The notes under the pieces: model-generated | Told to the model about the DNA's origin: nothing | The model's input: only the letters and a program-made list of their open reading frames with translations | The model's database searches: none | Assembly (NCBI GenBank): GCA_963772565.1 | Contig: CAVYXU010000015.1 | Span: 4,306 to 68,305, forward strand | Reading direction: 5' to 3' | Source: an uncultured Chloroflexia bacterium | GTDB taxonomy: Bacteria; Chloroflexota; Limnocylindria; Limnocylindrales; CSP1-4 | DNA length: 64,000 nt | Part shown: positions 28,909 to 37,275 of the stretch, piece after piece | Layout: each line of letters begins with the position of its first letter | Position numbering within the stretch: the stretch's first letter is position 1 | Program-made: the position numbers and the translations under genes

Positions 28909-30282
28909 CTACCCGACGTCGACCTTCTGGGCCGTCATCAGGCCGTTGTTGGAGAAGATGAACCCCCGCACGTGGTTGAAATACGCGGTGCTTGCGACGG
29001 ACGGGCGGTTGCCGGTGATCGAGACGTTGGAGGCCGGGCGCGACGAGCTGTAGCCGTCAACGCGGACCCGGCCCTTGTCCATGATGTTGTTGCGGATGAC
29101 GATGTTCGTGGGCTGGACGTCCACCTTGGCCGGCGTGAGCACGACCGCATAGCCCTCGCCGGAGGGCGTATGCCCGTAGTCGAAGTTACGCAGGACACAG
29201 CCCTCGACGACGATGTTCTTGAGCACATCGCTCGAGCGGTTGGGCTCCCCGTCGATCGCGTGGAGCGCGGCGTGGTTGATCGACACCCCGCTGATCGTCG
29301 CGCCGTTGACTGAGATCAGGCCGATCCCGTTGCGGCCGATGACGTCCATCTTGACGTTTGCGATCAGCACCCCGGTTGTCGGTCCGTCGACACCCGAGGC
29401 GTTGCGCGGGCGCAGGTCGACGCCGTCGCCCCATGTGCCATGGATCGTGGCGTTGCGGAGGGTGAAGCCGGACGTCGTCTCCACCGAGAAGGCCGCCTGG
29501 TCCTGCCGATCGTCGCTACCGAACACCCGGTTCTGCACGTTGGCCAGCGTGGCCGGTCCGGTGATGTTGAGGCCGTCGACGACGATGTTCTTGCCCTGCA
29601 CGATCCTGAGGTGGGAGGACTGGCTGGTCGAGGCCGTGTAGCGCTTGAACGTCGCGCCGTGGCCGTAGATGGTGCCGGTCCAGCCGACGAGCTCGATCCG
29701 GCCGTCAACGCGGTAGACGGCGCCCGATGCGAAGCACACCCGCTTGCCGGCGTTCGCCCGGAGGAAGCTGGCGATCGCGCTGGACTGATCGCTCGTCTTG
29801 GAGGGTGCCTGGGCGAACGTCGCGTCGCACCCGGTCGCGGGCTTGGGCGTCGGTGCGGGCGTGAGCCGGGGGGTCGGCTTCGGGGTGGGCGTTGGCCTGC
29901 CCGTGGGCGTCGGCTTCGTCGTCGGCGTCCCGATGGCCCTGGGGGTGGGCGTCGCTGCGTCGGCCGGCGCCGTCGTCGGGTCGCCGGCCGGGATCGCCAC
30001 CGTCGAGGTGGGTGTCGGATCTGCGATCGCCGGCAGGGTCGGCGCGGGCACAATGGTCGCGAACGGCAGCGCCGAGACCGCGGTGCTCGGTGGGGTTGGC
30101 GTCTGCCCGGCGCGATCCGGCATGGATGCGTCGCACCCAGCGACGAGCGGGACGCCGAGGAGGAGGCCCGCGAGGAGCAGCGCGCCCACAGAGAGCCGGC
30201 CATCGGGCCGGCGAGGGGACTTCGGGGGCGGCGTGAGGGTCTGGTCGGTCCGCCGGAATTCGTCTACGGCCATGCGAAACAC
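28909..30282 (-). CDS. Lipoprotein with a right-handed parallel beta-helix (pectate-lyase-like) domain and a PT-rich linker.
   Basis: The signal/lipobox is LLLGVPLVAGC. The linker is [30 protein letters not shown]. Repetitive ..NIV..G..I.N.. beta-helix rungs follow. Confidence 0.7.
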   Translation of the reverse strand: MFRMAVDEFRRTDQTLTPPPKSPRRPDGRLSVGALLLAGLLLGVPLVAGCDASMPDRAGQTPTPPSTAVSALPFATIVPAPTLPAIADPTPTSTVAIPAGDPTTAPADAATPTPRAIGTPTTKPTPTGRPTPTPKPTPRLTPAPTPKPATGCDATFAQAPSKTSDQSSAIASFLRANAGKRVCFASGAVYRVDGRIELVGWTGTIYGHGATFKRYTASTSQSSHLRIVQGKNIVVDGLNITGPATLANVQNRVFGSDDRQDQAAFSVETTSGFTLRNATIHGTWGDGVDLRPRNASGVDGPTTGVLIANVKMDVIGRNGIGLISVNGATISGVSINHAALHAIDGEPNRSSDVLKNIVVEGCVLRNFDYGHTPSGEGYAVVLTPAKVDVQPTNIVIRNNIMDKGRVRVDGYSSSRPASNVSITGNRPSVASTAYFNHVRGFIFSNNGLMTAQKVDVG

Positions 30283-30818
30283 TGCTCCTTCGGCAGCCCG
30301 GTTGACGCCCAGCGTCGCGGGCTGTGGGCTTCGCCTCCCGGCAGGCGCAGCCTGAGGATCGTCGGGCGTGGATCACGGACACTGGTGGCGGCACAGCCGC
30401 AGCCAAGGTCATGACCACGCACGAATATGGGGCATGCGGGGGGCACGAAGGCCCATGCTCGGCCCCGACCGGCCGCATCCGGATCCCGCTGGTAAACATC
30501 GGCGCCACAGAGCGCCGGATACGGGTTTCCGAGCCACGGGGGCGTTGCTGCGGGGAGTCTACCCGCAGTCTCTGGACGGCGCTGTCCGAATGACAGCCGA
30601 GCGCGCAGTGGTGCGAGCCGCCATCCTTGATCCCACGACTGCCAGTCATGCCTGACGGGGTCACTTCATGGTTGTGGTGCGCTGGCGCACCACAACCATC
30701 GCGGGACGTACGCCTCACGCCCTTGACCGTATTGACCCTCCGCATTCGAGACAGTACTTTCGTCCCGCTGCACCTAGTCCGAACAGACTACGCCGGGGTT
30801 CAAGCTGGGAGGTCTTCG

Positions 30819-31118
30819 TTGTCAACGCATCGACGCCTCATTGCACCAACGATCGTGCTCGGGGCACTGCTCGTCGGGGCGCCGACCGTCGTCGCGCGCG
30901 AGCCGTTCCCCCATGAGTTCCACCACAACATGGGGTATTGCGCGCCGTACCTTGCCCAGCTCCGGTTGCCGGACGGGTCGCCAGTTCGCCCGTGGATCAA
31001 CCACCTCATCCACGATCTGACGACACAGTTCGGGTCGTTCGAAGGGCAGAAGAACGTCGGCGACCTGTACAGCGATCGGGCGCGCAGCGAGACGGACCAG
31101 AACTGCGTTGCACGCTGA
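30819..31118 (+). CDS. Small secreted His/Cys-containing protein (hypothetical).
   Basis: GGGAGG at 30807-30812 is followed after 6 nt by a TTG start. There is a signal-like segment LIAPTIVLGALLVGAPTVVA, then PHEFHHNMGYC. The ATG-initiated extension back to 30627 would put 64 aa before the signal peptide, so it is rejected. Confidence 0.4.
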   Translation: MSTHRRLIAPTIVLGALLVGAPTVVAREPFPHEFHHNMGYCAPYLAQLRLPDGSPVRPWINHLIHDLTTQFGSFEGQKNVGDLYSDRARSETDQNCVAR

Positions 31119-31158
31119 CGATCTGATCCTGGTAGGGAGTGAAAGGAGATCCCGGTAC

Positions 31159-31611
31159 ATGAAGCGTGTCCTGCTCTCGATGGCCGCCGCGGGCCTGCTG
31201 GTCTTCGCGTCGGTTGGAGCCGTCGCCGCGACGGGCGGCCACGGAGGGAATCCGCACCGGACCCTTGCGACGCCGAGCACGGCGTGCCGGATCATGGTCC
31301 AGTACCACGTCGGTGGCTACACCTCGTTTGGCGACTGCATGGGCAGCCTCCACGGTGACATGGCGGCCTACCGCTTCCCGGACGACGCGGACCCCACGAA
31401 ATTGCTGACGCTCTCCGAGCGCTGCACGCAGCTGGAGCAGGGTGTCTACGACGAGATGGTGGGCGGGCTGCTCCAGATCAGCTACCCGTTCTACTTCGAA
31501 GAGTTCCCCGGCTGGCCGTTCCCCACGCTCACGGGGCAGAACCATCAGCAGTGCATGACGACCCTGTTCACTTACCACAATCTTGCGAGCCTTCTGTTCG
31601 GCCCCGAGTAG
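31159..31611 (+). CDS. Small secreted His/Cys-containing protein (hypothetical).
   Basis: AAAGGAG lies 9 nt upstream of the ATG at 31159. The signal peptide is MKRVLLSMAAAGLLVFASVGAVAA. There are four Cys and GGHGGNPH. Confidence 0.55.
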   Translation: MKRVLLSMAAAGLLVFASVGAVAATGGHGGNPHRTLATPSTACRIMVQYHVGGYTSFGDCMGSLHGDMAAYRFPDDADPTKLLTLSERCTQLEQGVYDEMVGGLLQISYPFYFEEFPGWPFPTLTGQNHQQCMTTLFTYHNLASLLFGPE

Positions 31612-31702
31612 GACAGACCTGCGCGCAACGCGCGATCCACGGCCGGCACGGGCAGGTCCCGAGCCGGCCGTTCCATGTCCAGCGTCGCCTTCGCCGAGCC
31701 CC

Positions 31703-32447
31703 TCAGGCGTTACCCAGGCGCTCGACCACCGGGCGCATCGCCTCGAGCGTCTCGAGCGTCGGGGGCCAGGGGACGCATTCGACCTGCGTCACCCCGACCT
31801 CGGTGAAGGCGTGCAATGCATCGGCGATCCGGTCGGCCGAACCGCGAACCGGCACGCCGAAGCCGGCAGCCTCGGAACCGGTCGCGTCCGTCGGCTCGAC
31901 GGCACCGATCATCAGCGGGACCGCCCCGGACCGTGGTCCACGGGGCCGCGACTCGACGTCCTTCGCGTGGTGATACGGCCCGGCGTGGTCGGCCCGGCCG
32001 GTCCGGAGCAGCGGCATGATGATCTCGAGCGCGTCCTCGAACGCCCGACGACATGGTCGAGCGGAAGGCCGTATGCCTCGGCTTCCGAGTCGCCACTGCC
32101 GGCGCCCAGGCCGAACACGAAACGCCCACCCGAGATCTCGTCGAGGGTCTCGACCGCCCGAACCGTGACACCGGGGTTGCGGTGGTTCGCGGACAGCACC
32201 CACGTTCCGACCTCGATCCGCTCGGTTGCGTCCGCCAGGGCCCCGGCGATCGCGACGCACTCCCACCAGCCGCGTGGCCCGGGCCACGCATCGACGCGCC
32301 ACAGGAGCTCGTCCGGGACGCAGACAGTGTCGAAGCCTATGTCCTCGGCCAGCCTCCCCATGGCGCGCAGCTCGTCCCATCGGTGCCGCGCCCGGTCTCG
32401 ATGTCTTCGTACAGGGGGAGCACGACGCCGAACTTGAGGTCACGCAT
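31703..32447 (-). pseudogene. Luciferase-like (F420-dependent-type) oxidoreductase disrupted by two frameshifts.
   Basis: The N-terminus MRDLKFGVVLPLYEDIETG is in one frame. The middle (RWDELRAMGRLAEDIGFDTV...WPGPRGWWECVAIAGALADATERIEVGTWVLSANHRNPGV...GRFVFGLGAGSGDSEAEAYGLP) is in a second frame. The C-terminus (FEDALEIIMPLLRTGRADHAGPYHHA...) is in a third. The shifts are near 32395 and 32040. Confidence 0.7.
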
Positions 32448-32586
32448 GGGTGTCGGCCTCCGATGAGCGAGGGATCACGCGGGCGCGGTCATCCGTCGCG
32501 GTCGAATGGTCTCATGCGCTTCGCCCGGTACCCTCAGGCTGACATCCGACCGCCCGATCCGGCGCCATCGAGGGAGACGACCAGCC

Positions 32587-34107
32587 ATGCCCACCACCGA
32601 CACGCCCGCCTCGCCGCCCGAGTCAGGATCCGGCCCCGGACCCGGCAAGACGGAAGCCGGAGCGTCGGCACCGCCCCCGGAGCCGACCGACGACCTCGTC
32701 ACCCGCCAGCACGTGCTCGCCGTCGGGCGCCGACGGCTGAAGTACACCTCGACCTCGGGACGGATGGTGCTGCGGGAGGAGGTCGTCGAGGACGGCAAGG
32801 TCCAGGGCTACAAGCCGCGGGCCAGCGTGTTCCTCACGGCGTACACGCTGGACCGCTCGGATCACCGGCAGCGGCCGGTCACGTTCGCCTTCAACGGCGG
32901 GCCCGGCTCATCGAGCGTCTGGCTCCACCTCGGCCTGCTGGGGCCGCGGCGAGTGGTGTCCGGGGACGCCGGGACGCCCGTTGCGCCGCCGTACGAGCTC
33001 GTCGACAACCCGGCCAGCCTGCTCGTCCACTCCGACATCGTGTTCATCGACCCGATCTCCACGGGCTACTCGCGCGCCGTCGACGGTGTGAAGCCGGGCG
33101 ACTACCACGGGTTCACCGCCGATATCGAGTCGGTCGGCGAGGTGATCCGACTGTGGACCTCGCGGAACGGGCGATGGCTCTCGCCCAAGTACCTGGCGGG
33201 GGAGTCGTACGGCACCCTGCGCGCCGCCGGCCTCGCGGCCCACCTCCAGCAGCGCCACGGGATGTATCTCAACGGGCTGATGCTCATCTCCAGCGTGCTG
33301 GACCTCTCGAGCATCTTCTTCACCGAGCAGAATGACGTCCCGCACGCCATGTACCTGCCGACCTACGCGGCGATCGCGCACTACCACGGCCTGCACGGGG
33401 ACCGGCCGCTGGCGGAGGTGCTGGCGGAGGCCGAGGCGTACGCCGCCGGCGAGTACCCGCGGCTGCTCGCGCTCGGTACCCGGATGACCCCGGACGAGCG
33501 GACCAGGGCCGTCGCAACCCTCGCCCGATTGACCGGGCTGAGCGCGGACTACGTCGATCGCGTCAACCTCAGGATCGAGCACATCCGGTTCTTCACCGAG
33601 CTGCTCCGCGACCGGCGTCGGGCGGTCGGCCGGCTCGACGGGCGGTTCCTGGGCTGGGAGCCCGATGGCGGCCGTGAGCACTTCACCGCTGATCCCTCGC
33701 ACACGGCGATCGCGGGTGCATACACGGCGGCCGTCAACCAGTACGTGCGCGAGGAGCTGGGCTACGAGAACGACCTCCCCTACGAGATCCTGTCGTCGGC
33801 AACAAACCAGGCGTGGAGCTACAAGGAGTTCGAAGGCCGGAGTGTCTCGGTCGTGGACCGGCTGGGCGAGACGATGCGCGGGAACCCGCATCTCAGGATC
33901 TACGTGGGCTGCGGCTATTACGACGGCGCCACCCCGTACTTCGCCGCCGAGGCGGTCTTCGCCCACCTGCCGATTCCGGAGGAGCTCCGCGCCAACGTCT
34001 CGTTCTCGTACTTCGAGGCGGGGCACATGATGTACGTCCACGAGCCGTCGCGGGTCCGGCAGTCGGAGGAGCTCGCAGCGTTCGTGGCGGCCAAGCCCGA
34101 GGACTGA
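32587..34107 (+). CDS. Peptidase S10-family serine carboxypeptidase.
   Basis: The nucleophile motif YLAGESYGT is present, the length is about 506 aa, and the ATG is at 32587 (MPTTDTP). Confidence 0.8.
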   Translation: MPTTDTPASPPESGSGPGPGKTEAGASAPPPEPTDDLVTRQHVLAVGRRRLKYTSTSGRMVLREEVVEDGKVQGYKPRASVFLTAYTLDRSDHRQRPVTFAFNGGPGSSSVWLHLGLLGPRRVVSGDAGTPVAPPYELVDNPASLLVHSDIVFIDPISTGYSRAVDGVKPGDYHGFTADIESVGEVIRLWTSRNGRWLSPKYLAGESYGTLRAAGLAAHLQQRHGMYLNGLMLISSVLDLSSIFFTEQNDVPHAMYLPTYAAIAHYHGLHGDRPLAEVLAEAEAYAAGEYPRLLALGTRMTPDERTRAVATLARLTGLSADYVDRVNLRIEHIRFFTELLRDRRRAVGRLDGRFLGWEPDGGREHFTADPSHTAIAGAYTAAVNQYVREELGYENDLPYEILSSATNQAWSYKEFEGRSVSVVDRLGETMRGNPHLRIYVGCGYYDGATPYFAAEAVFAHLPIPEELRANVSFSYFEAGHMMYVHEPSRVRQSEELAAFVAAKPED

Positions 34108-34173
34108 GGGCGAGCGCCATGGCGGCGGTTCGCGTGCCCTCGGCTGAGCGGGCAGCTCGGCGGATGGCCACTT

Positions 34174-34215
34174 GGCACCGCTGCAAGCGGTTCTGGCACC
34201 GCTGCAAGCGGTTTG
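34174..34215 (+). repeat. Intergenic 21-nt direct tandem repeat (2 copies).
   Basis: ggcaccgctgcaagcggttct is followed by ggcaccgctgcaagcggtttg. Confidence 0.8.
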
Positions 34216-34649
34216 CAAGGCCGTCGCCACCCGCGGCATGGACGCCGGGAGAGCTGCCCTCCAGGATGGGTCGACGAAGGAGGTGCAGCATGGCGATCAC
34301 CACTGCAACCCGTCACGGCCACGCATCCACGACGGCTCGCCCATGAGCTCGGGCGCAGTCGACGCGGACCTCTTCGGCCCCGGAACGCGCGTCCCCCCTG
34401 CGAGCGTTCGCACGCGACGCCGCGCTCGGCGCTGACCCCAGCCGCTCTGGGCTGTCACCAGCTCGCGTTGCCGCGGGGTCCGTCGGACAAGGACCCGGGC
34501 GCGGCGTCGCGACGACGCCTGCCCGAAACGAGATCAAACCTGATCCACGTGCCAGGCGCGCCTGTCCGCCCGGCCCTGCGCACGGGTCCGACATGTCCGG
34601 CATCGCCGCCGTTCGGGATCCCGGGCGCGACCGTTCTCAAGGAGATGAC

Positions 34650-35063
34650 ATGAGCTATCAGATTGGACGCTCATCGCTCACGGAAGATCATGCAGCCGGG
34701 TCAACGACCCGCGAATCGCTGCGCCGGGTCGATACGGAGGAGATTGTCACCACGCGACCGGCGGGGATCACGGTTGCCGCCCGGCTGGTGACCCTGCTGT
34801 TCGGCCTCGTCCAGCTCGTGATCGCGCTGCGCATCGTCCTGCTCGCGTTCGACGCGCGCCAGGGGAACGACATCGTGACCACGATCATGACCATCAGCGG
34901 CGTGTTCGTCGCTCCGTTCGAAGGCGTCCTCCAAACGGACGCGATGTCCGCGAGCGGCGCCGTCCTCGACATCGCCGCCGTGGTGGCCCTCGTGGGCTGG
35001 ACCATCGTGGAGCTGATCGCGCTCCAGGTGATCCGCATCGGCAGTGTCAGGCCGGACGCATAG
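34650..35063 (+). CDS. Small integral membrane protein, hypothetical.
   Basis: GGAGA lies 5 nt upstream of the ATG at 34650 (MSYQIGRSS). There are two to three TM helices. Confidence 0.6.
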   Translation: MSYQIGRSSLTEDHAAGSTTRESLRRVDTEEIVTTRPAGITVAARLVTLLFGLVQLVIALRIVLLAFDARQGNDIVTTIMTISGVFVAPFEGVLQTDAMSASGAVLDIAAVVALVGWTIVELIALQVIRIGSVRPDA

Positions 35064-35074
35064 CGCACCCGTCG

Positions 35075-35623
35075 TCAGGGCAGCCACCGGACGATCCACG
35101 CGGTCGTCCGGGCCGGCTCCCAGGCGCGACCCGAACCCGGGGCAGGTCCGACGACGTTGATCCACGCCTGCGCGCCGGAGCCCAGGGACACCACCGCGCT
35201 GCCCAGCGGCTGGGCGTCGGCGATCGTTGCCGCGGGGCACGCGACGTCGTCATTGCACAGGAGGCTGGGCGAGACGGCGATGCGCGTCACGGGACCATCG
35301 GCGGTCGTCAGCGTCGCGATCGACGCCCGGGCAACCTGACCGCACGTCACCTGATCCAGGCCGCGGCACACGATGGCGTCCTGCGCGGGCATGCCGGGCG
35401 CGATGACAGGTGTGCTGGTCGCATGCGCAATCTGGGTCGGCAGCGATCCGGCCTGCGGCGCGGCATCGACCGCGAGCGCTAAGGGTGAGCCGTCGGGCGG
35501 CGTCGCGGGAGTGTCCGCCATCACCAGGGCGAACGCGACGATGGCGATCGCCCCGCCCGCCACCCCCACAGCCCGGCGCCATCCACGCTGCCGGAGCGGC
35601 TGGGGCGCGACATCGAATTCCAT
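35075..35623 (-). CDS. Membrane-anchored extracytoplasmic Cys-containing protein, hypothetical, likely co-transcribed with the sigma/anti-sigma pair.
   Basis: The start is MEFDVAPQPL.... One TM helix (AIAIVAFALVMA) is present with four Cys in the soluble part. It begins 16 bp downstream of the anti-sigma stop. Confidence 0.5.
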   Translation of the reverse strand: MEFDVAPQPLRQRGWRRAVGVAGGAIAIVAFALVMADTPATPPDGSPLALAVDAAPQAGSLPTQIAHATSTPVIAPGMPAQDAIVCRGLDQVTCGQVARASIATLTTADGPVTRIAVSPSLLCNDDVACPAATIADAQPLGSAVVSLGSGAQAWINVVGPAPGSGRAWEPARTTAWIVRWLP

Positions 35624-35713
35624 GCGGATCGTGGTCCAGCATAGCGAGTGGTCTCGCCGGGGAGCCCTGCCCGTGACCGGCGATCTGTGCGCCCCCAACT
35701 GACCAACGGAGGA

Positions 35714-36634
35714 TCAGCTCCCGATCGTCAGCGTTGCCCGGACGTCCGGGTGCTTCGGGTCGACAATCGTATAGCTGCCGTCGGGCAGCGCGTCGATCGA
35801 GTACCGGATCGTCGCCGGCCCGGTGATCGAGTTCTGCTCCCACGCGTAGTCGCCGTTGGCGAACAGGATCCGGATCCCATGCTCGACCCCTGGATCGTTG
35901 TTGACGAGCTCGATCGAGAACCGGCGCCCGCCGGCGAATGAGACCGCGTCGGGAGAGAAGCCCGTGGCCGACACCGTGAGCATGATGTCCTGCGGGGGCA
36001 GGGTCTCCTCGGGCGCCGCCGATGGAGGTGGCGGTGCGCTCTGTCCAACGTGGAGCGTCCCGGTCATCAGCGGATGCACGGGGTCCGTGAACGCATGGGT
36101 CCCGGCTGCCAGCGCCGGGATGCCGTACGTGCGCTGGGCCGGCCCGACGAAGATCGTGCCACTGAACACGACCGTGCCGGCGGCATCGCTGATGTCGAGG
36201 CCGTGGGGCACGGCCTCCTTGCTGTCCAGCAGGATCGTGATCGCGGTGTCGGCCGGCCAGTAGAGATCGGTCTGGTCGAAGACGACGTTGTCGGCCGTCA
36301 GCACCAGCGTGCCGCGCGGTCCGGGCGACGTCGACGCGGCCGGGGCAGCCGACGACGGTGCAGGGGAGACCGACGGGCCGCCGACGACGGCCGGCGCGTC
36401 CCGACCGGCGAGCCAGCTCGCGGCGACGAGCGCGACGGCTGCCATCACCACCACGGCGGCGAGCCGCCCCAGCCCCACCGTCGGGCGAACGCCGCCGATC
36501 CCCGGGAACCGCCTGCGCTGCGCCGTCCGGACCACCTCAGCCTCGATCGACGCGACCAGGCGCCCCGGGGCGTCGTCCGGGCCGGGGCGCAGCCACGCGG
36601 CGAGGACCTCGTCGATGTCACGGTCTGCGCTCAT
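35714..36634 (-). CDS. Membrane-spanning anti-sigma factor whose extracytoplasmic part is two cupredoxin-like domains lacking the Cys ligand.
   Basis: The ATG overlaps the sigma stop (ATGA at 36631-36634). The short cytoplasmic N-terminus is MSADRDIDEVLAAWLRPGP.... The TM helix is LAAVVVMAAVALVAASWLA. Domain 1 (LVLTADNVVFDQTDL...VPHGLDI...HAFTDPVHPLMTGTLHVG) aligns to the cupredoxin at 27576-28061, with C replaced by T. Confidence 0.7.
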   Translation of the reverse strand: MSADRDIDEVLAAWLRPGPDDAPGRLVASIEAEVVRTAQRRRFPGIGGVRPTVGLGRLAAVVVMAAVALVAASWLAGRDAPAVVGGPSVSPAPSSAAPAASTSPGPRGTLVLTADNVVFDQTDLYWPADTAITILLDSKEAVPHGLDISDAAGTVVFSGTIFVGPAQRTYGIPALAAGTHAFTDPVHPLMTGTLHVGQSAPPPPSAAPEETLPPQDIMLTVSATGFSPDAVSFAGGRRFSIELVNNDPGVEHGIRILFANGDYAWEQNSITGPATIRYSIDALPDGSYTIVDPKHPDVRATLTIGS

Positions 36635-37269
36635 GCGGAAGTACCCCTCGCTGCGATGCTGCGCGCGTCGGCGTCGAGTGCTGCGCGCATCACCCGATGT
36701 GCGTGGTGGAGTCGCGATCGGACGGTGCCGTCCGGGATCCCGAGGATCTCCGCGATCTCGGCCGTCTCGTGGCCCGCGTAGTGGCGCAGCACCAGCAGCG
36801 CCCGCTGCTCGGGCGTCAGTCGCCGGAAGGCGCGGTCGAGCTCGTCGCGCTGGGCGATCCCGAGGTACTCATCCCGCCCGACGGCGATGTCAACCGGCAG
36901 CTCGACGAGGCTGGTCACGTGCCGTCGCACCCGCTTCGCGTCGGCGATGCAGGCATGAACGACGAGCCGGTGGAGCCAGGCATCGAAGCGATCGGGATCC
37001 CGCAGGGACGGGAGATCTCGCCAGGCCGCCACGAGCGCCTCCTGGACCGCGTCCTCCGCCCGGTCGACGTCGCGCAGGATGCGCTCGGCGATCGCGAACA
37101 GGCGCCCCACCCGCGGGCGCAGGAGCTCCGAGTACGCCCGACGGTCGCCGTTGCGAGCCGCCTCGACAAGGTCGCGATCCACGGTCCACCAGCTGCCGGC
37201 GTCCAGCGGGGACGCCACTCCAGACGCTATGGGTGTCGGCAGGTAATCCGTGTTCAATCCCGGCATCAT
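36631..37269 (-). CDS. ECF (sigma-70 family group IV) RNA polymerase sigma factor.
   Basis: Region 2 is AARNGDRRAYSELLRPRVGRLFAIAERILRDVDRAEDAVQEALVAAWRDLPSLRDPDRFDAWLHRL. Region 4 is LTPEQRALLVLRHYAGHETAEIAEILGIPDGTVRSRLHHA. The upstream 335 aa of the ORF are rejected. Confidence 0.85.
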   Translation of the reverse strand: MMPGLNTDYLPTPIASGVASPLDAGSWWTVDRDLVEAARNGDRRAYSELLRPRVGRLFAIAERILRDVDRAEDAVQEALVAAWRDLPSLRDPDRFDAWLHRLVVHACIADAKRVRRHVTSLVELPVDIAVGRDEYLGIAQRDELDRAFRRLTPEQRALLVLRHYAGHETAEIAEILGIPDGTVRSRLHHAHRVMRAALDADARSIAARGTSA

Positions 37270-37275
37270 TCGTGG

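Noticed and set aside
30627-30818. The ATG-initiated 5' extension of the first small secreted protein (MIPRLPVMPDG...).
   Set aside because: It would place about 64 residues ahead of the signal peptide. A GGGAGG ribosome site sits immediately before the internal TTG, so I preferred the short form. The long form cannot be excluded.
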